Source of the DNA: Spirochaetota bacterium
GTDB lineage: Bacteria; Spirochaetota; UBA4802; UBA5550
Length of the DNA: 45,232 nt
Direction of reading: 5' to 3'
NCBI GenBank assembly: GCA_050298055.1
Contig: JBNKTL010000042.1
Span: forward strand, 1-45,232
Shown here: positions 1 to 9,460 of the stretch, piece by piece
Position numbering within the stretch: the first letter of the stretch is position 1
Layout of the letters: the number at the start of each line of letters is the position of its first letter
Made by a program: the position numbers and the translations under genes
Notes under the pieces: model-generated
What the model saw: the letters and a program-made list of their open reading frames with translations, nothing else
Database searches by the model: none
What the model was told of the DNA's origin: nothing

Positions 1-106
1 TTGTAAGCTCTGAAATCTTATCATAGATTTCAGAAGGAGGGTTGACTTTTTTTAACTTTTTTTACATAGTAACTTTGCGGTTCAATTATCCTTCTTCGTG
101 TGTGCC

Positions 107-156
107 GGACATGGATGTCCAAATGCAGCAATGCCATGGACGGCAAAGAGCTGCCT
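107..156 (+). promoter_or_regulatory. Double hairpin with A(U)GGA loops, CsrA-site-like, upstream of argB
   Basis: GGAC-ATGGAT-GTCC, then GCAGC..TGCC-ATGGAC-GGCA..GCTGC; same architecture at 37388-37441. Confidence 0.45.
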
Positions 157-259
157 TCGTGATCTTCGTGGTTAAAAAAATCTTACCAATAAAAAATGAT
201 TGACCGGTGTAATATGTCCAATTAACTGAATGCAATCCGGTTAACAGGCAGATTCTCAC

Positions 260-1120
260 ATGAAAAAGCATATTGAAAAAGCAAAAATACTCATGGAGTC
301 CTTTCCTTATATTAAGGAATTCAACGGAAAGACCATTGTCATCAAGTATGGGGGGAATGCCATGATTGATGATTCGTTGAAAAAGTCCTTTGCCATGGAC
401 ATGGTGCTTCTCAAACTTGTGGGCATAAACCCTGTTATTGTACACGGGGGAGGGCCGCAGATCGGAGAACTCCTGGACCAGGTGGGCAAAAAGACCGACT
501 TTATAAACGGGATGCGGGTAACAGACAATGAGACCATGGAGATCGTTGAAATGGTCCTGGTGGGGAAAGTCAACAAGGAGATCGTCAACAATATCAACAT
601 GGTCGGGGGAAAGGCCGTGGGCCTCTCCGGAAAGGATGGCGCTCTTATCACCGCGGAAAAGCTTTTCCATAAAAATTCCGGAAAGGATATCGATATCGGG
701 AATGTCGGTATGGTCAAAAAGATAAATCCATCTGTCCTGGAGACACTGGACAGGGACAGGTTTATCCCTGTGATCGCCCCCATTGCCGCCGGTGAAAACG
801 GCCAGACATTCAATATTAATGCCGATTCAGCAGCAGGAAAAATTGCCGAAGCCCTAAAAGCCGAGAAATTAATTCTCCTTACAGATATTGAAGGGGTGCA
901 GGTCAACGGAAACCTTGCCACTTCCCTGGAAACGAAGAATATCCGGGACCTTATTGAAAGCGGTGAAATAAGCGGAGGGATGATCCCGAAGGTAAACTGC
1001 TGTATTGACGCTATTTCAGAGGGCGTAAGCAAGGCACATATCATTGACGGCAGGGTAGAACATGCCGTGATCCTTGAGATCTTCACAGATTCCGGAATTG
1101 GAACTGAGATCATAAATTAA
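260..1120 (+). CDS. argB: Acetylglutamate kinase
   Basis: [38 protein letters not shown] and GGMIPKV motifs. Confidence 0.97.
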   Translation: MKKHIEKAKILMESFPYIKEFNGKTIVIKYGGNAMIDDSLKKSFAMDMVLLKLVGINPVIVHGGGPQIGELLDQVGKKTDFINGMRVTDNETMEIVEMVLVGKVNKEIVNNINMVGGKAVGLSGKDGALITAEKLFHKNSGKDIDIGNVGMVKKINPSVLETLDRDRFIPVIAPIAAGENGQTFNINADSAAGKIAEALKAEKLILLTDIEGVQVNGNLATSLETKNIRDLIESGEISGGMIPKVNCCIDAISEGVSKAHIIDGRVEHAVILEIFTDSGIGTEIIN

Positions 1121-1134
1121 TTCCCTTTTTTTAT

Positions 1135-1162
1135 TTGACAGATACCCCTGCACAAATAGATT
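1135..1162 (+). promoter_or_regulatory. Sigma70-like promoter for the tRNA cluster
   Basis: TTGACA-16 nt-TAGATT ending 7 nt before tRNA-Ser. Confidence 0.6.
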
Positions 1163-1169
1163 TGCTCTC

Positions 1170-1252
1170 GGAGAATTGTCCGAGTGGTCGAAGGAGGCGG
1201 TCTTGAAAACCGTTGAGCTAACGCTCCGGGGGTTCGAATCCCTCATTCTCCG
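1170..1252 (+). tRNA. tRNA-Ser (TGA)
   Basis: GGAGAAT acceptor stem, GCGGT-CT-TGA-AA-ACCGT anticodon arm, long variable arm, GTTCGAATC T-loop; CCA not encoded. Confidence 0.95.
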
Positions 1253-1268
1253 TATGGTATTATCCAGA

Positions 1269-1354
1269 GGAGAGGTGCCCGAGAGGCCGAAGGGGGTTGC
1301 CTGCTAAGCAATTGTATCTTTTTGATACCGGGAGTTCGAATCTCCCCCTCTCCG
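1269..1354 (+). tRNA. tRNA-Ser (GCT)
   Basis: GGAGAGG acceptor stem, GTTGC-CT-GCT-AA-GCAAT anticodon arm, long variable arm, GTTCGAATC. Confidence 0.95.
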
Positions 1355-1403
1355 AATAAACAAACACCCTGAAACTCTGTAAATTAACCATCTGAGTTGA
1401 ATC

Positions 1404-1748
1404 ATGAAATATCTGAATAAAAAAAATATCAATCTCCTGACCTGGTTCCCCTTTCTGGGGTGGATGCTCCCCATTGGGTTCAACAGGGAAGATCCCCTGG
1501 CTGTGGATCACGGAAAGCAGGCAATGTATATGGCGCTCTTTGCGGTGATAATCCTCACGGGATTGACATTCGGATCACTCTTTATTCCCAGGAGTTTCAG
1601 GCCAATGAAACTTGCCACAGTAATTGTCACCTACCTTGTTCTTGCACTCTATTTTATAATCTGCGGTATGGGAACATATATGATAAAAAACGGGAAAAAA
1701 CAGGAACTTCCCTTTATTAGCAGGTACGCTGAAAAGCTTGACATATAA
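1404..1748 (+). CDS. Small membrane protein (DUF4870/Tic20-like, 3 TM)
   Basis: Three hydrophobic segments, HGKQA motif and C-terminal LPFI. Confidence 0.65.
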   Translation: MKYLNKKNINLLTWFPFLGWMLPIGFNREDPLAVDHGKQAMYMALFAVIILTGLTFGSLFIPRSFRPMKLATVIVTYLVLALYFIICGMGTYMIKNGKKQELPFISRYAEKLDI

Positions 1749-1769
1749 ACCGGAAGGAAAATTATTTAT

Positions 1770-1843
<74 letters not shown>

Positions 1844-1858
1844 AATGATGATATTTAT

Positions 1859-1892
1859 AAAAAAAGGATACCCGAAAGGCCGTCCTTTTTTT
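1859..1892. terminator. Probable bidirectional intrinsic terminator
   Basis: A-run, GGA..CC-GAAA-GG..TCC, T-run between convergent tRNA-Arg and the HD-GYP gene. Confidence 0.55.
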
Positions 1893-2983
1893 TATTCTTC
1901 CAGTTCGTACTTGCCGTTTCTGAGGAGATAAAGACAGGTATCCGCAACCTCCTTATCGTACAGCTTGCCGTTATTTATATCTATCTCCTCCAGGGCAAAA
2001 TCCAGTCCCAGTGACGGCCTGTAGGGCCTGTGGGAAGCCATTGCCTCAACCACATCGGAGACAGAGAGGATTTTGGCCTCAAGGAGTATTTCATCATTGC
2101 CCAATCCCCTGGGGTAACCGCTTCCGTCAATGCGCTCATGGTGCTGGTAGACAATCTCCGCCACGGGCCATGAGAACTCTACATTTTTGAGAATGTCGTA
2201 TCCGTACTGGGCGTGTGTTTTGATGATATCAAACTCGGTTTCGGTGAGCCGGGTGGGTTTGGTCAGGATCTCCGAAGGGACCGCCAGTTTCCCCAGGTCG
2301 TGTATCTTACTGGCAACCGATATCCCGTCGATAATATCCTGGTCAATACCCATTTCCCTGGATATTGCCTCCGCGAGACCGGCAACCCTTTTCTGGTGGC
2401 CCGCAGTATAACGGTCCCTTATCTCTACAGCCATGACAATGGCCTCAACAACGCCGTCAATTGTCTGACGGAGCCTGTTCATACTGACAACAAGATCCCC
2501 CTCGGCCTTTTTCCGGGTATTAATCTCCTTCTGGAGTTCAGCGGTACGCTCCTCCACCATCTCCTCAAGGAACAGCTGGTACTTTTCATTTTCCCTTATG
2601 AGCCTGGCCCTCTCAAGGGATTTTTTTACCGCATGTTCCAGGGCGCCCATGTCATAGATCGGTTTCATGATATATTCCCAAGCGCCCCTCTTTATGGCGT
2701 CCAGGGCGTCCTCCATTATCCCTATCCCGGAAATAACAATTATGGGGGTTTTTTCCGATTCGCTGCTTACTACATCGATCACCTCAAAGCCGTCGACCCC
2801 GGGCATCCTGAGATCGGAGAGGACGATATCGGGTTTCTCCCTTCTAAAAACTTCAATACCGCTCTTCCCATCATCCGCAGTAAAGATATTATATTCAAGA
2901 TCTTCGAAAAACGCTTCGATTGTACTCCTCAGGTTTTCATCATCATCGATAACAAGGATCTTTATATCTTTATTTTCACTCAT
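1892..2983 (-). CDS. Response regulator with HD-GYP c-di-GMP phosphodiesterase domain
   Basis: N-terminal REC (ILVIDDD, DLRMP, KP); HDLGK, HHERIDGSGYPRGL, HRPYR. Confidence 0.95.
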   Translation of the reverse strand: MSENKDIKILVIDDDENLRSTIEAFFEDLEYNIFTADDGKSGIEVFRREKPDIVLSDLRMPGVDGFEVIDVVSSESEKTPIIVISGIGIMEDALDAIKRGAWEYIMKPIYDMGALEHAVKKSLERARLIRENEKYQLFLEEMVEERTAELQKEINTRKKAEGDLVVSMNRLRQTIDGVVEAIVMAVEIRDRYTAGHQKRVAGLAEAISREMGIDQDIIDGISVASKIHDLGKLAVPSEILTKPTRLTETEFDIIKTHAQYGYDILKNVEFSWPVAEIVYQHHERIDGSGYPRGLGNDEILLEAKILSVSDVVEAMASHRPYRPSLGLDFALEEIDINNGKLYDKEVADTCLYLLRNGKYELEE

Positions 2984-3131
2984 CTATTCATTGCCCGCCA
3001 ACATTAAGACATTCTGAAATGGTCCTCTATGAGTACTCCCCTGCAAGATGATTCACACTTCCCCGTATTGCTCAGTTCTTAATGGGTAACGGATTAATTT
3101 TAGAATAAAAAAAACGAACAGTCAATTATTA

Positions 3132-3276
3132 TTTGTAACGACCCGTTATATAAAAAAAATCTTATATTAACTCAAAATATTAACAATATGTCCCCGCCGC
3201 CCCGGGCGTCGGAGACATACCGGTTATATTTTTTGGTAAAGATGTTTATTCTTATACACAACCGGGCAGTAACAAT
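3132..3276. repeat. About 145-bp palindromic dispersed element, family A copy 1
   Basis: Imperfect terminal IRs TTGTAACGACCCG / CGGGCAGTAACAA; central ATGTCCCCGCCGCC..GGCGTCGGAGACAT hairpin; homologous to 9358-9458 and 42519-42660. Confidence 0.7.
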
Positions 3277-3305
3277 TATTTGATGAAAATTCAGGATCTT
3301 GTTGA

Positions 3306-3767
3306 TTAGTGAAGTTTACGATCGATAGCTTTTATCAGCTCCTTTATTTCATCCATGTGAGTGGCTGTGAACAGAACAGGATATATTGTCACAATAAGCC
3401 CCATGATGATAATAAAGGGGAGTTCAAAGTTAATCCCGTACATTTTGCTGAGCCATTTGATGGAATCGTTGAAGGGGATAAGGAAGATACTGGCGATAAT
3501 GACGGCCCCGGTGAAGATCCATTGCTTTGAAGAAACAGTATGCTCCCGGCTCACCCGGCTGTTCTTCAGTACCCTCATGATATCATCGGCCCGGCTCTCC
3601 TCCATCCTGTATAACGATGAACCGGAAAGTTCTGTAAATAACTCCCTCAGCCGAAAAATCTCATCTCTGCATGAACGGCAGAAAAAGAGATGTATACGGA
3701 GCCTCGGCGAGAGGGAAGAAGCCCTCTCCCGGTCTATGAATATCTCTCTGGCTTTTTCACACTTCAT
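3306..3767 (-). CDS. Zinc-binding (ZAS) anti-sigma factor with 2 TM
   Basis: MKC...HLFFCRSC (HxxxCxxC); overlaps the ECF sigma stop. Confidence 0.8.
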   Translation of the reverse strand: MKCEKAREIFIDRERASSLSPRLRIHLFFCRSCRDEIFRLRELFTELSGSSLYRMEESRADDIMRVLKNSRVSREHTVSSKQWIFTGAVIIASIFLIPFNDSIKWLSKMYGINFELPFIIIMGLIVTIYPVLFTATHMDEIKELIKAIDRKLH

Positions 3768-4326
3768 GATAATCCTCTGCGATTGTCCCTTTAAGCCTGT
3801 CCCGGAGTATTATTTTCGCCCTCCGGACATTGGACTTGATTGTATTGACCGGTATATCCGTTATACCGCTTATCTCCGAATGACTGAGTCCCATAAGAAA
3901 ATACATCTCAACACATAACCGGTACTCTTCTCTCAGTTCTCCCAGGGCCTCGTAGAGAGCATTGTTTATCTCTGACCTTATCAACAGGCCTTCGGGAAGA
4001 TCACCGGTTGATTCCGGGTCAATTCCTTCAATGTCCCCGGTGTCCCGCATCTTTCCTATTCTGCTTCTGGCGTGATTATAGGCAATCTTTATCAGCCAGT
4101 ACCTGAAGGGGGAAATCCCCCTGAAAGACTTCAGGGATTCAAAAACCTTTATAAACACCTCCTGTGTAAAGTCAGATGAATCCTCCCCGTTCCTGAAAAA
4201 CCTGAGCCCGATATTATAGATATGTTTTTCATAGCGCTCGATGATATGCCTGTAACTCTCAATGTCTCCATTGATAACATGCCTGACAATTTTTTCATCC
4301 GGAACAGACTCATTTATCTCTGTCAT
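3757..4326 (-). CDS. ECF RNA polymerase sigma factor (SigW/RpoE-like)
   Basis: DFTQEVFIKVF, WLIKIAYN, SHSEIS..PVNTIKSNVRRA. Confidence 0.93.
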   Translation of the reverse strand: MTEINESVPDEKIVRHVINGDIESYRHIIERYEKHIYNIGLRFFRNGEDSSDFTQEVFIKVFESLKSFRGISPFRYWLIKIAYNHARSRIGKMRDTGDIEGIDPESTGDLPEGLLIRSEINNALYEALGELREEYRLCVEMYFLMGLSHSEISGITDIPVNTIKSNVRRAKIILRDRLKGTIAEDYHEV

Positions 4327-4684
4327 TCTTTATCAGTTTTCTTCTTATAATAAAAAAGACGATCAGGCTGATTCCGATTGAAAAGGGGATCAGGCCGCTG
4401 AGGACGCCGTAATTCACACCCTCTTTAATAAGAAAAAAGGCAACAAGACTGCCCCCGATACTCAGAAGTATCAGGCCGGAAAAAAGACTAAAACTGTCAA
4501 TATCAAATTCGGTTTTTTTAACCAGGTTCTTTTCAATCAATAGTTTCTTGTGCTTGTAGCTCCACATCAGGTAGAAAAAGAGAACAGCAGACCCCATGAC
4601 AATTCCTACAATGGGGACTATTGATATTATCACCTGTGCTGCTGTTGACGGTACATTGTTCATGGCACTCCCCGTTTCATGCAA
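4310..4684 (-). CDS. Membrane protein (DUF6249-like, 3 TM)
   Basis: Three TM segments, GLIP..IG motif; overlaps the ECF start. Confidence 0.65.
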   Translation of the reverse strand: MHETGSAMNNVPSTAAQVIISIVPIVGIVMGSAVLFFYLMWSYKHKKLLIEKNLVKKTEFDIDSFSLFSGLILLSIGGSLVAFFLIKEGVNYGVLSGLIPFSIGISLIVFFIIRRKLIKNDRDK

Positions 4685-4693
4685 TTCATTTTT

Positions 4694-6448
4694 TTATGCT
4701 TCTGTGTCATGTATAACCTGCCCCCCGTACCGGGCAATAACATTTATGCAGTAAGCGGTAAATTCGTCCAGTGAATCTCTCTGGTAGTTCTGGACTCTTA
4801 TGCCCAGTTCTCTGTACCTGGCAAGAATCCCCCCCTGGAGCATCTGCACGTACGATTTTAATTCTCCTAACCTGTCTGTCCCTCTTTTAATATTAAGACT
4901 TTTTATATACTCTTTCAACTTTTCCATGGCGGCATTCAGCTCGTTTGAAAACCATACCGACTTCATAATATCATCGGTAAGACAGAAAAAATGATGCCCT
5001 TTTACTGCCATGGTCACCGCGTCAACAAACCTTCCCGGCTTTTTTATCAGTATGGAAAGGAGAAATTTCGCGTACAATTTCCCATACGAAGAAAACAGCT
5101 GGGTTTTTAATGACCGGGCAAAGTATGTGAGAGAGGTGAAGGTGATACTCGATTTTATCCTCTGTTCACGGGGAAAGCGCTCTATAAGCGTAGCGGCCCT
5201 TTTAAAGTATTTTTCCGGAGTATAGATCTCCGATATTATTCTGTTGTAGCCCTCCACCAGGACTTTTTCATCCATCTTCGGTATAAAGTTCAGTTGGAGT
5301 TCATGGGTATTGTTGCCGGCGGTCTCCCTTTCAGTGAGCCTCCCCTCCCTCTTAAGCCTCCGGAAAAGCTGCGTATTGGGAAGCGCGAGAAGCATTCCCA
5401 CCATAGCAATAGGGATACCCGCGTTTTGTATAAAATCGATCTGTCTCTGAAAGATATCCTCAGTGTCAGTATCAAACCCGACAATGAAACCCGCGGTGAC
5501 CTCCATACCGTACCCCTGGATCCTCTTTACGCTCTCAAGGAGGTTGCCTTTCAGGTTCTGTCCCTTCTGCGCGTGTTTCAGGCCCTCTGTATCAGGGGTC
5601 TCTATTCCTATAAAAAGCATATCAAAACCCGCTGACGCCATGAGTTCAAGAAGTTCATGGTCATGAGCAATATCTATGCTCACTTCGGTAAAGAACCGGA
5701 AAGGAAAGCCTTTCTCCTCCTGCCACCTGTATACTCCCCGGAGCAGCTCCCTGACCTTTCTCCTGTTCCCGATAAAGTTATCATCTACGATAAAAAGCGA
5801 ACCTGTGTAGCCCGTTTCATAGGCCGCGTCAAGTTCTTCAAGGAACTTCTCAACAGACTTGGTCCTCGGCTTCCGTCCGAACATTTCAATAATATCACAG
5901 AACTCGCAGTTAAAAGGGCAGCCCCGGGAATACTGGAGAGCAAGGTTTGTATAAACATTGATATCAATAAGATCAAATCTCGGGACAGGTGTCAGCTCAA
6001 GGTCCGGCCGCTCATCCGAACTGTAGATTTTTTGAGGTTCCCCCTTTTCATAGTCCCTGACAAAATCTCCCAGAGTTATTTCAGCCTCGTTGAGAACAAA
6101 ATAGTCAACACCTTTGATTTTCTCATGAGAAGACGAGGGATAGGGCCCCCCGGCAACAACCTTCTTTCCCAGGCGGTTGCATATCTCAACGACCCTGTTA
6201 AATGACTCCTTCTGGATAATCATGGCCGAGATGAAAACAAGATCGGAATCTATGATATCATCTTCGTCCAGCCCGGTAACATTCATGTCCACCAGCTTAA
6301 CATTATAGCCCTCCGGAAGGATCGCCGCAACAGTCATAAGCCCCAGGGGTGGGATGACCGCTTTTTTGCCGATCATGGGCAGAGTGTGTTTAAAGCTCCA
6401 ATAGGTATCGGGGATCTCCGGGTATACCATGAGTATATTTTTTTTCAT
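4694..6448 (-). CDS. B12-binding radical SAM protein (DUF4070-type)
   Basis: PPLGLMTVAA, GGPY, SRGCPFNCEFC, VDDNFIGN, GFIVGFD. Confidence 0.93.
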   Translation of the reverse strand: MKKNILMVYPEIPDTYWSFKHTLPMIGKKAVIPPLGLMTVAAILPEGYNVKLVDMNVTGLDEDDIIDSDLVFISAMIIQKESFNRVVEICNRLGKKVVAGGPYPSSSHEKIKGVDYFVLNEAEITLGDFVRDYEKGEPQKIYSSDERPDLELTPVPRFDLIDINVYTNLALQYSRGCPFNCEFCDIIEMFGRKPRTKSVEKFLEELDAAYETGYTGSLFIVDDNFIGNRRKVRELLRGVYRWQEEKGFPFRFFTEVSIDIAHDHELLELMASAGFDMLFIGIETPDTEGLKHAQKGQNLKGNLLESVKRIQGYGMEVTAGFIVGFDTDTEDIFQRQIDFIQNAGIPIAMVGMLLALPNTQLFRRLKREGRLTERETAGNNTHELQLNFIPKMDEKVLVEGYNRIISEIYTPEKYFKRAATLIERFPREQRIKSSITFTSLTYFARSLKTQLFSSYGKLYAKFLLSILIKKPGRFVDAVTMAVKGHHFFCLTDDIMKSVWFSNELNAAMEKLKEYIKSLNIKRGTDRLGELKSYVQMLQGGILARYRELGIRVQNYQRDSLDEFTAYCINVIARYGGQVIHDTEA

Positions 6449-6617
6449 TTTTTCCTCCAGGCAGTTGCCTCATCTTAGAGTACTCGGGATAATTAAGGCC
6501 TCTACAGAATTAAGGACGGGTAAAGAGGTGAGAGGGTTGCAAAAAAATATTTTCCCCGCGCAGAAAAAGATCCTGGAGCAAAAAATTACTCCGCTCTGTT
6601 AAAAAAACAGGACCCGG

Positions 6618-6755
6618 TCAGAATACTTTGAAGATTACTACTGCAAGAACAAGCAGTGTTACAATAAGTAAGGCAATATAACTCATGTAGAATTTCGCTA
6701 TAAAAAAACCCTTACCTTTTTTTTGATCGTTTGTATTGGTATCCGCAGAATTCAT
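6618..6755 (-). CDS. Small single-TM protein (45 aa), not in the ORF track
   Basis: MNSADTNTNDQKKGKGFFIAKFYMSYIALLIVTLLVLAVVIFKVF; AAGGA SD and TTGAAA-17-TATATT promoter (6824-6796) upstream. Confidence 0.6.
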   Translation of the reverse strand: MNSADTNTNDQKKGKGFFIAKFYMSYIALLIVTLLVLAVVIFKVF

Positions 6756-6876
6756 AACATTACATCCTTATTAAGAGATTTATTTATGTATTCTTAATAT
6801 AATTATAAAATCACTATTTTTCAATAGGTATTGACTTTATATTTGAAAATTATCAAAAATGAACCGCAGACGCTAA

Positions 6877-6955
6877 GGAAGACCCCCTAACCCCCTGAGG
6901 GGGCACAAGAGAATGGTGGATAAATGTCTTACGCCCCCTCAGGGGGATGGGGGGC
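6877..6955. repeat. C/G-run palindromic element, family B
   Basis: GGAAGACCCCCTAACCCCCTGAGGGGGCACAAGAGA...TCTTACGCCCCCTCAGGGGGATGGGGGG; inverse copy at 41385-41503, half copy at 17423-17451. Confidence 0.8.
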
Positions 6956-7063
6956 GAACAGGTGAGGTTTAATAGAAATTAAACTTTGCACTCAATGTGT
7001 CTTTGCGGTTTTAAAAATGTGTAGATATCAGTCACCGGGAGAAGGACCGGGAATGAGATCATA

Positions 7064-8734
7064 ATGAAAAAAATTCTTTTAATCGGAATAAACGCGCGGT
7101 TCGCCCACTCCAATCCGTCACTCTACTACCTGCGGACCTTTATTGACAGCCTCGATTTTGATATTGAAATACTTGAACTGACAATAAACCAGGAGAGGGC
7201 CGAAATCATAGATACCCTGGCGGGAAAAGGGGCGGATATTATCGCCCTTTCGGTCTACATCTGGAATGTTGAACTGGTCAGGGAGATTCTGCCTGATATT
7301 TTTACCCGCTCCGGGAAGGCACAGATCGTTCTCGGCGGACCGGAAGTCAGCTACAACCCCGAAGAGTGGCTTGAGGAATATTCTTTTATCAGCCACATCA
7401 TTACCGGCCATGGGGAGACAGGATTCAGAGAACTTTTAAGCGGAGAGAATACCGCACGTATCATTCGGAGCACTAACCCCCACTTCTCCACAATCCCTTT
7501 TCCCTACAGGGAGACCGACTTTCCCGGGCTCAGGAACAGGAACATCTATTATGAATCGAGCAGGGGCTGTCCCTTCAGGTGCAGTTACTGCGTCTCCTCC
7601 CACTCCGAACAGAAACTCGAATACAGGCCCGTGGAAAAGGTAAAGGAGGAGCTGGATATCATTATCAGCCACAGCCCGAAGATCGTGAAATTCGTGGACA
7701 GGACTTTTAACTCCGGAAGATCGCATTACAGGGAGATATGGAAACATATCGTTGAATCATATTCCGGGGAAACAACACTCTTTCACTTTGAAATATACCC
7801 GGGACTTCTCGGTGAAGATGACTTCAGCTTCCTCTCAATGGTCCCTCCGGGACTTTTCCAGTTTGAGACGGGTATCCAGTCCGTATGGCCCCGGACACTT
7901 GAGTCCGTAAACAGGAGGGAGTCGTGGAACGATGTCAGGCCGATACTTGAAAGACTTATTGGCATGAAGAACATCCACACGCATGTTGACCTTATTATCG
8001 GGCTCCCCTTTGAAGACTCCCGAAAGATGAGAGAATCGTTCAACCGGGTCTATTCGCTTAAAGCGGACCACTTCCAGATGGGGGTCCTCAAGATATTGAA
8101 AGGAACAGAAATCAGGGAAAGGGCAGGAGAATATGCAATTGAATATTCATTCCGGGCCCCCTATGAAATAATATCAACAAAGTGGCTTACAGAAGATGAG
8201 ATCAAGAAACTTGTAAATATCTCCCTCCTCATAGACACACTCTATAACCCCCACGGATTTGATATCACACTGGAAAACCTTGTTAAGCTTAACAAAAGCC
8301 CTTATGATCTCTACGAAAAACTATCAGATTATATCAACTCCACCTGTGAAGAGAAACGAAACAAAAGGTGGGAGGAGAACGCGGGAAGAATTTTCGGTTT
8401 TGTGGAACGGACATATCCGGAAATGAGGGAATATTTCAGGGACTGCCTTATGTACGACTGGTGCAGGACAACAAAGCTTAACTACTACCCTGCACTCTTC
8501 AGGGATAAGAGAACAAAAAGGATAAAGAAGGAAGGGCTCAGCTTTTTTACGGACAGTCGTCCCGGCAGTGAGATAGAGTACCGGGGAGTGAAATTCACCG
8601 GGGAAGAGATGAAGAGATCAATATTCTTCAGTCCCGAAACCGCAGAGTTCAGAAAGAAGTATATGCAAAACCACAACACTCTTCTCTTTTTAAGAGATTC
8701 CGGGGAAAGGGTGTTCTTCACCCTTCAGGGCTGA
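7064..8734 (+). CDS. B12-binding radical SAM protein (DUF4080-type)
   Basis: SVYIWN, LGGPEVSY, YYESSRGCPFRCSYC, KFVDRTFN, HVDLIIGLP. Confidence 0.93.
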   Translation: MKKILLIGINARFAHSNPSLYYLRTFIDSLDFDIEILELTINQERAEIIDTLAGKGADIIALSVYIWNVELVREILPDIFTRSGKAQIVLGGPEVSYNPEEWLEEYSFISHIITGHGETGFRELLSGENTARIIRSTNPHFSTIPFPYRETDFPGLRNRNIYYESSRGCPFRCSYCVSSHSEQKLEYRPVEKVKEELDIIISHSPKIVKFVDRTFNSGRSHYREIWKHIVESYSGETTLFHFEIYPGLLGEDDFSFLSMVPPGLFQFETGIQSVWPRTLESVNRRESWNDVRPILERLIGMKNIHTHVDLIIGLPFEDSRKMRESFNRVYSLKADHFQMGVLKILKGTEIRERAGEYAIEYSFRAPYEIISTKWLTEDEIKKLVNISLLIDTLYNPHGFDITLENLVKLNKSPYDLYEKLSDYINSTCEEKRNKRWEENAGRIFGFVERTYPEMREYFRDCLMYDWCRTTKLNYYPALFRDKRTKRIKKEGLSFFTDSRPGSEIEYRGVKFTGEEMKRSIFFSPETAEFRKKYMQNHNTLLFLRDSGERVFFTLQG

Positions 8735-8755
8735 CACCGAACAGCTGTCTCATTA

Positions 8756-9223
8756 TTAATGTGTTCTCTTTCTGCAGTTAATGCTGCACTCACCTTTCGT
8801 GCAGGAAAAGCGGAGTTTTCTCAACTCTGAGCAGATACCGTCCTTGCTGCAGTCGATCTCAAGAAATTCCGAAGCTTTACATGCCAGTTGGAAACCCGCA
8901 AGGTTGATATCATTATCCTTCAATTCTACGGACATCATATCCGTATACCCCAAAAGGACACCGGCGTTTACAATACACGAGATCCTGCTGCCGAAAAGGC
9001 TGCTGTAAGTTTTAATTTTTCCGATAAATTTTTGAAAAGTTTTGAAATCGCTGTAATAGTCTTTGAGGCCGGTCAAATCAATAAGGAAGTTCATCCCGGA
9101 TTTATATGCCGGGCTGCCGGTAATTTCAACTATACCGCTGAGGAAGTCCTTCCCGCGGGTCTGCCCTTCCAGTATTACAAAGACAGTATTATCCTTTTCA
9201 CTTATACTGTACCTGTATTCCAT
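8756..9223 (-). CDS. Hypothetical protein (STAS/SEC14-like) with Cys-rich C-terminus
   Basis: N-terminal beta-beta-alpha pattern and FLIDLT; AAGG SD upstream. Confidence 0.55.
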   Translation of the reverse strand: MEYRYSISEKDNTVFVILEGQTRGKDFLSGIVEITGSPAYKSGMNFLIDLTGLKDYYSDFKTFQKFIGKIKTYSSLFGSRISCIVNAGVLLGYTDMMSVELKDNDINLAGFQLACKASEFLEIDCSKDGICSELRKLRFSCTKGECSINCRKRTH

Positions 9224-9357
9224 CCATCACCCTTTTGGAGGAAATTTCAAATCTCAGAGAGAGATTCCCTGATTTCATGGTAACCACCACTTTTTATGTT
9301 ATTATAAACAAAGGGATGTATGTGTAAAGATATTAATAGATTTTTTAATAATTAAAG

Positions 9358-9458
9358 GTTACTACTCACTGATGTGTCCCCACCGCCGAAGGCGGCGGGG
9401 ACACATCATTTGCGTTTTACTAAATATATCTATTTTAGCTATAAAACCGAGTAGTTAC
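9358..9458. repeat. Family A palindromic element copy 2 (one arm shortened)
   Basis: GATGTGTCCCCACCGCC-GAA-GGCGGCGGGGACACATC hairpin; end AACCGAGTAGTTAC. Confidence 0.75.
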
Positions 9459-9460
9459 GA

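Noticed and set aside
86..1113. Long antisense ORFs over argB, and similar shadows over HD-GYP, radical SAM, MMPL and rlmD
   Set aside because: They overlap well-supported genes on the opposite strand or frame and lack recognisable motifs.
6450..7063. Cobalamin or SAM riboswitch between the radical SAM genes
   Set aside because: No B12-box or SAM-I core recognised; the structure there is explained by repeat family B and a small ORF.
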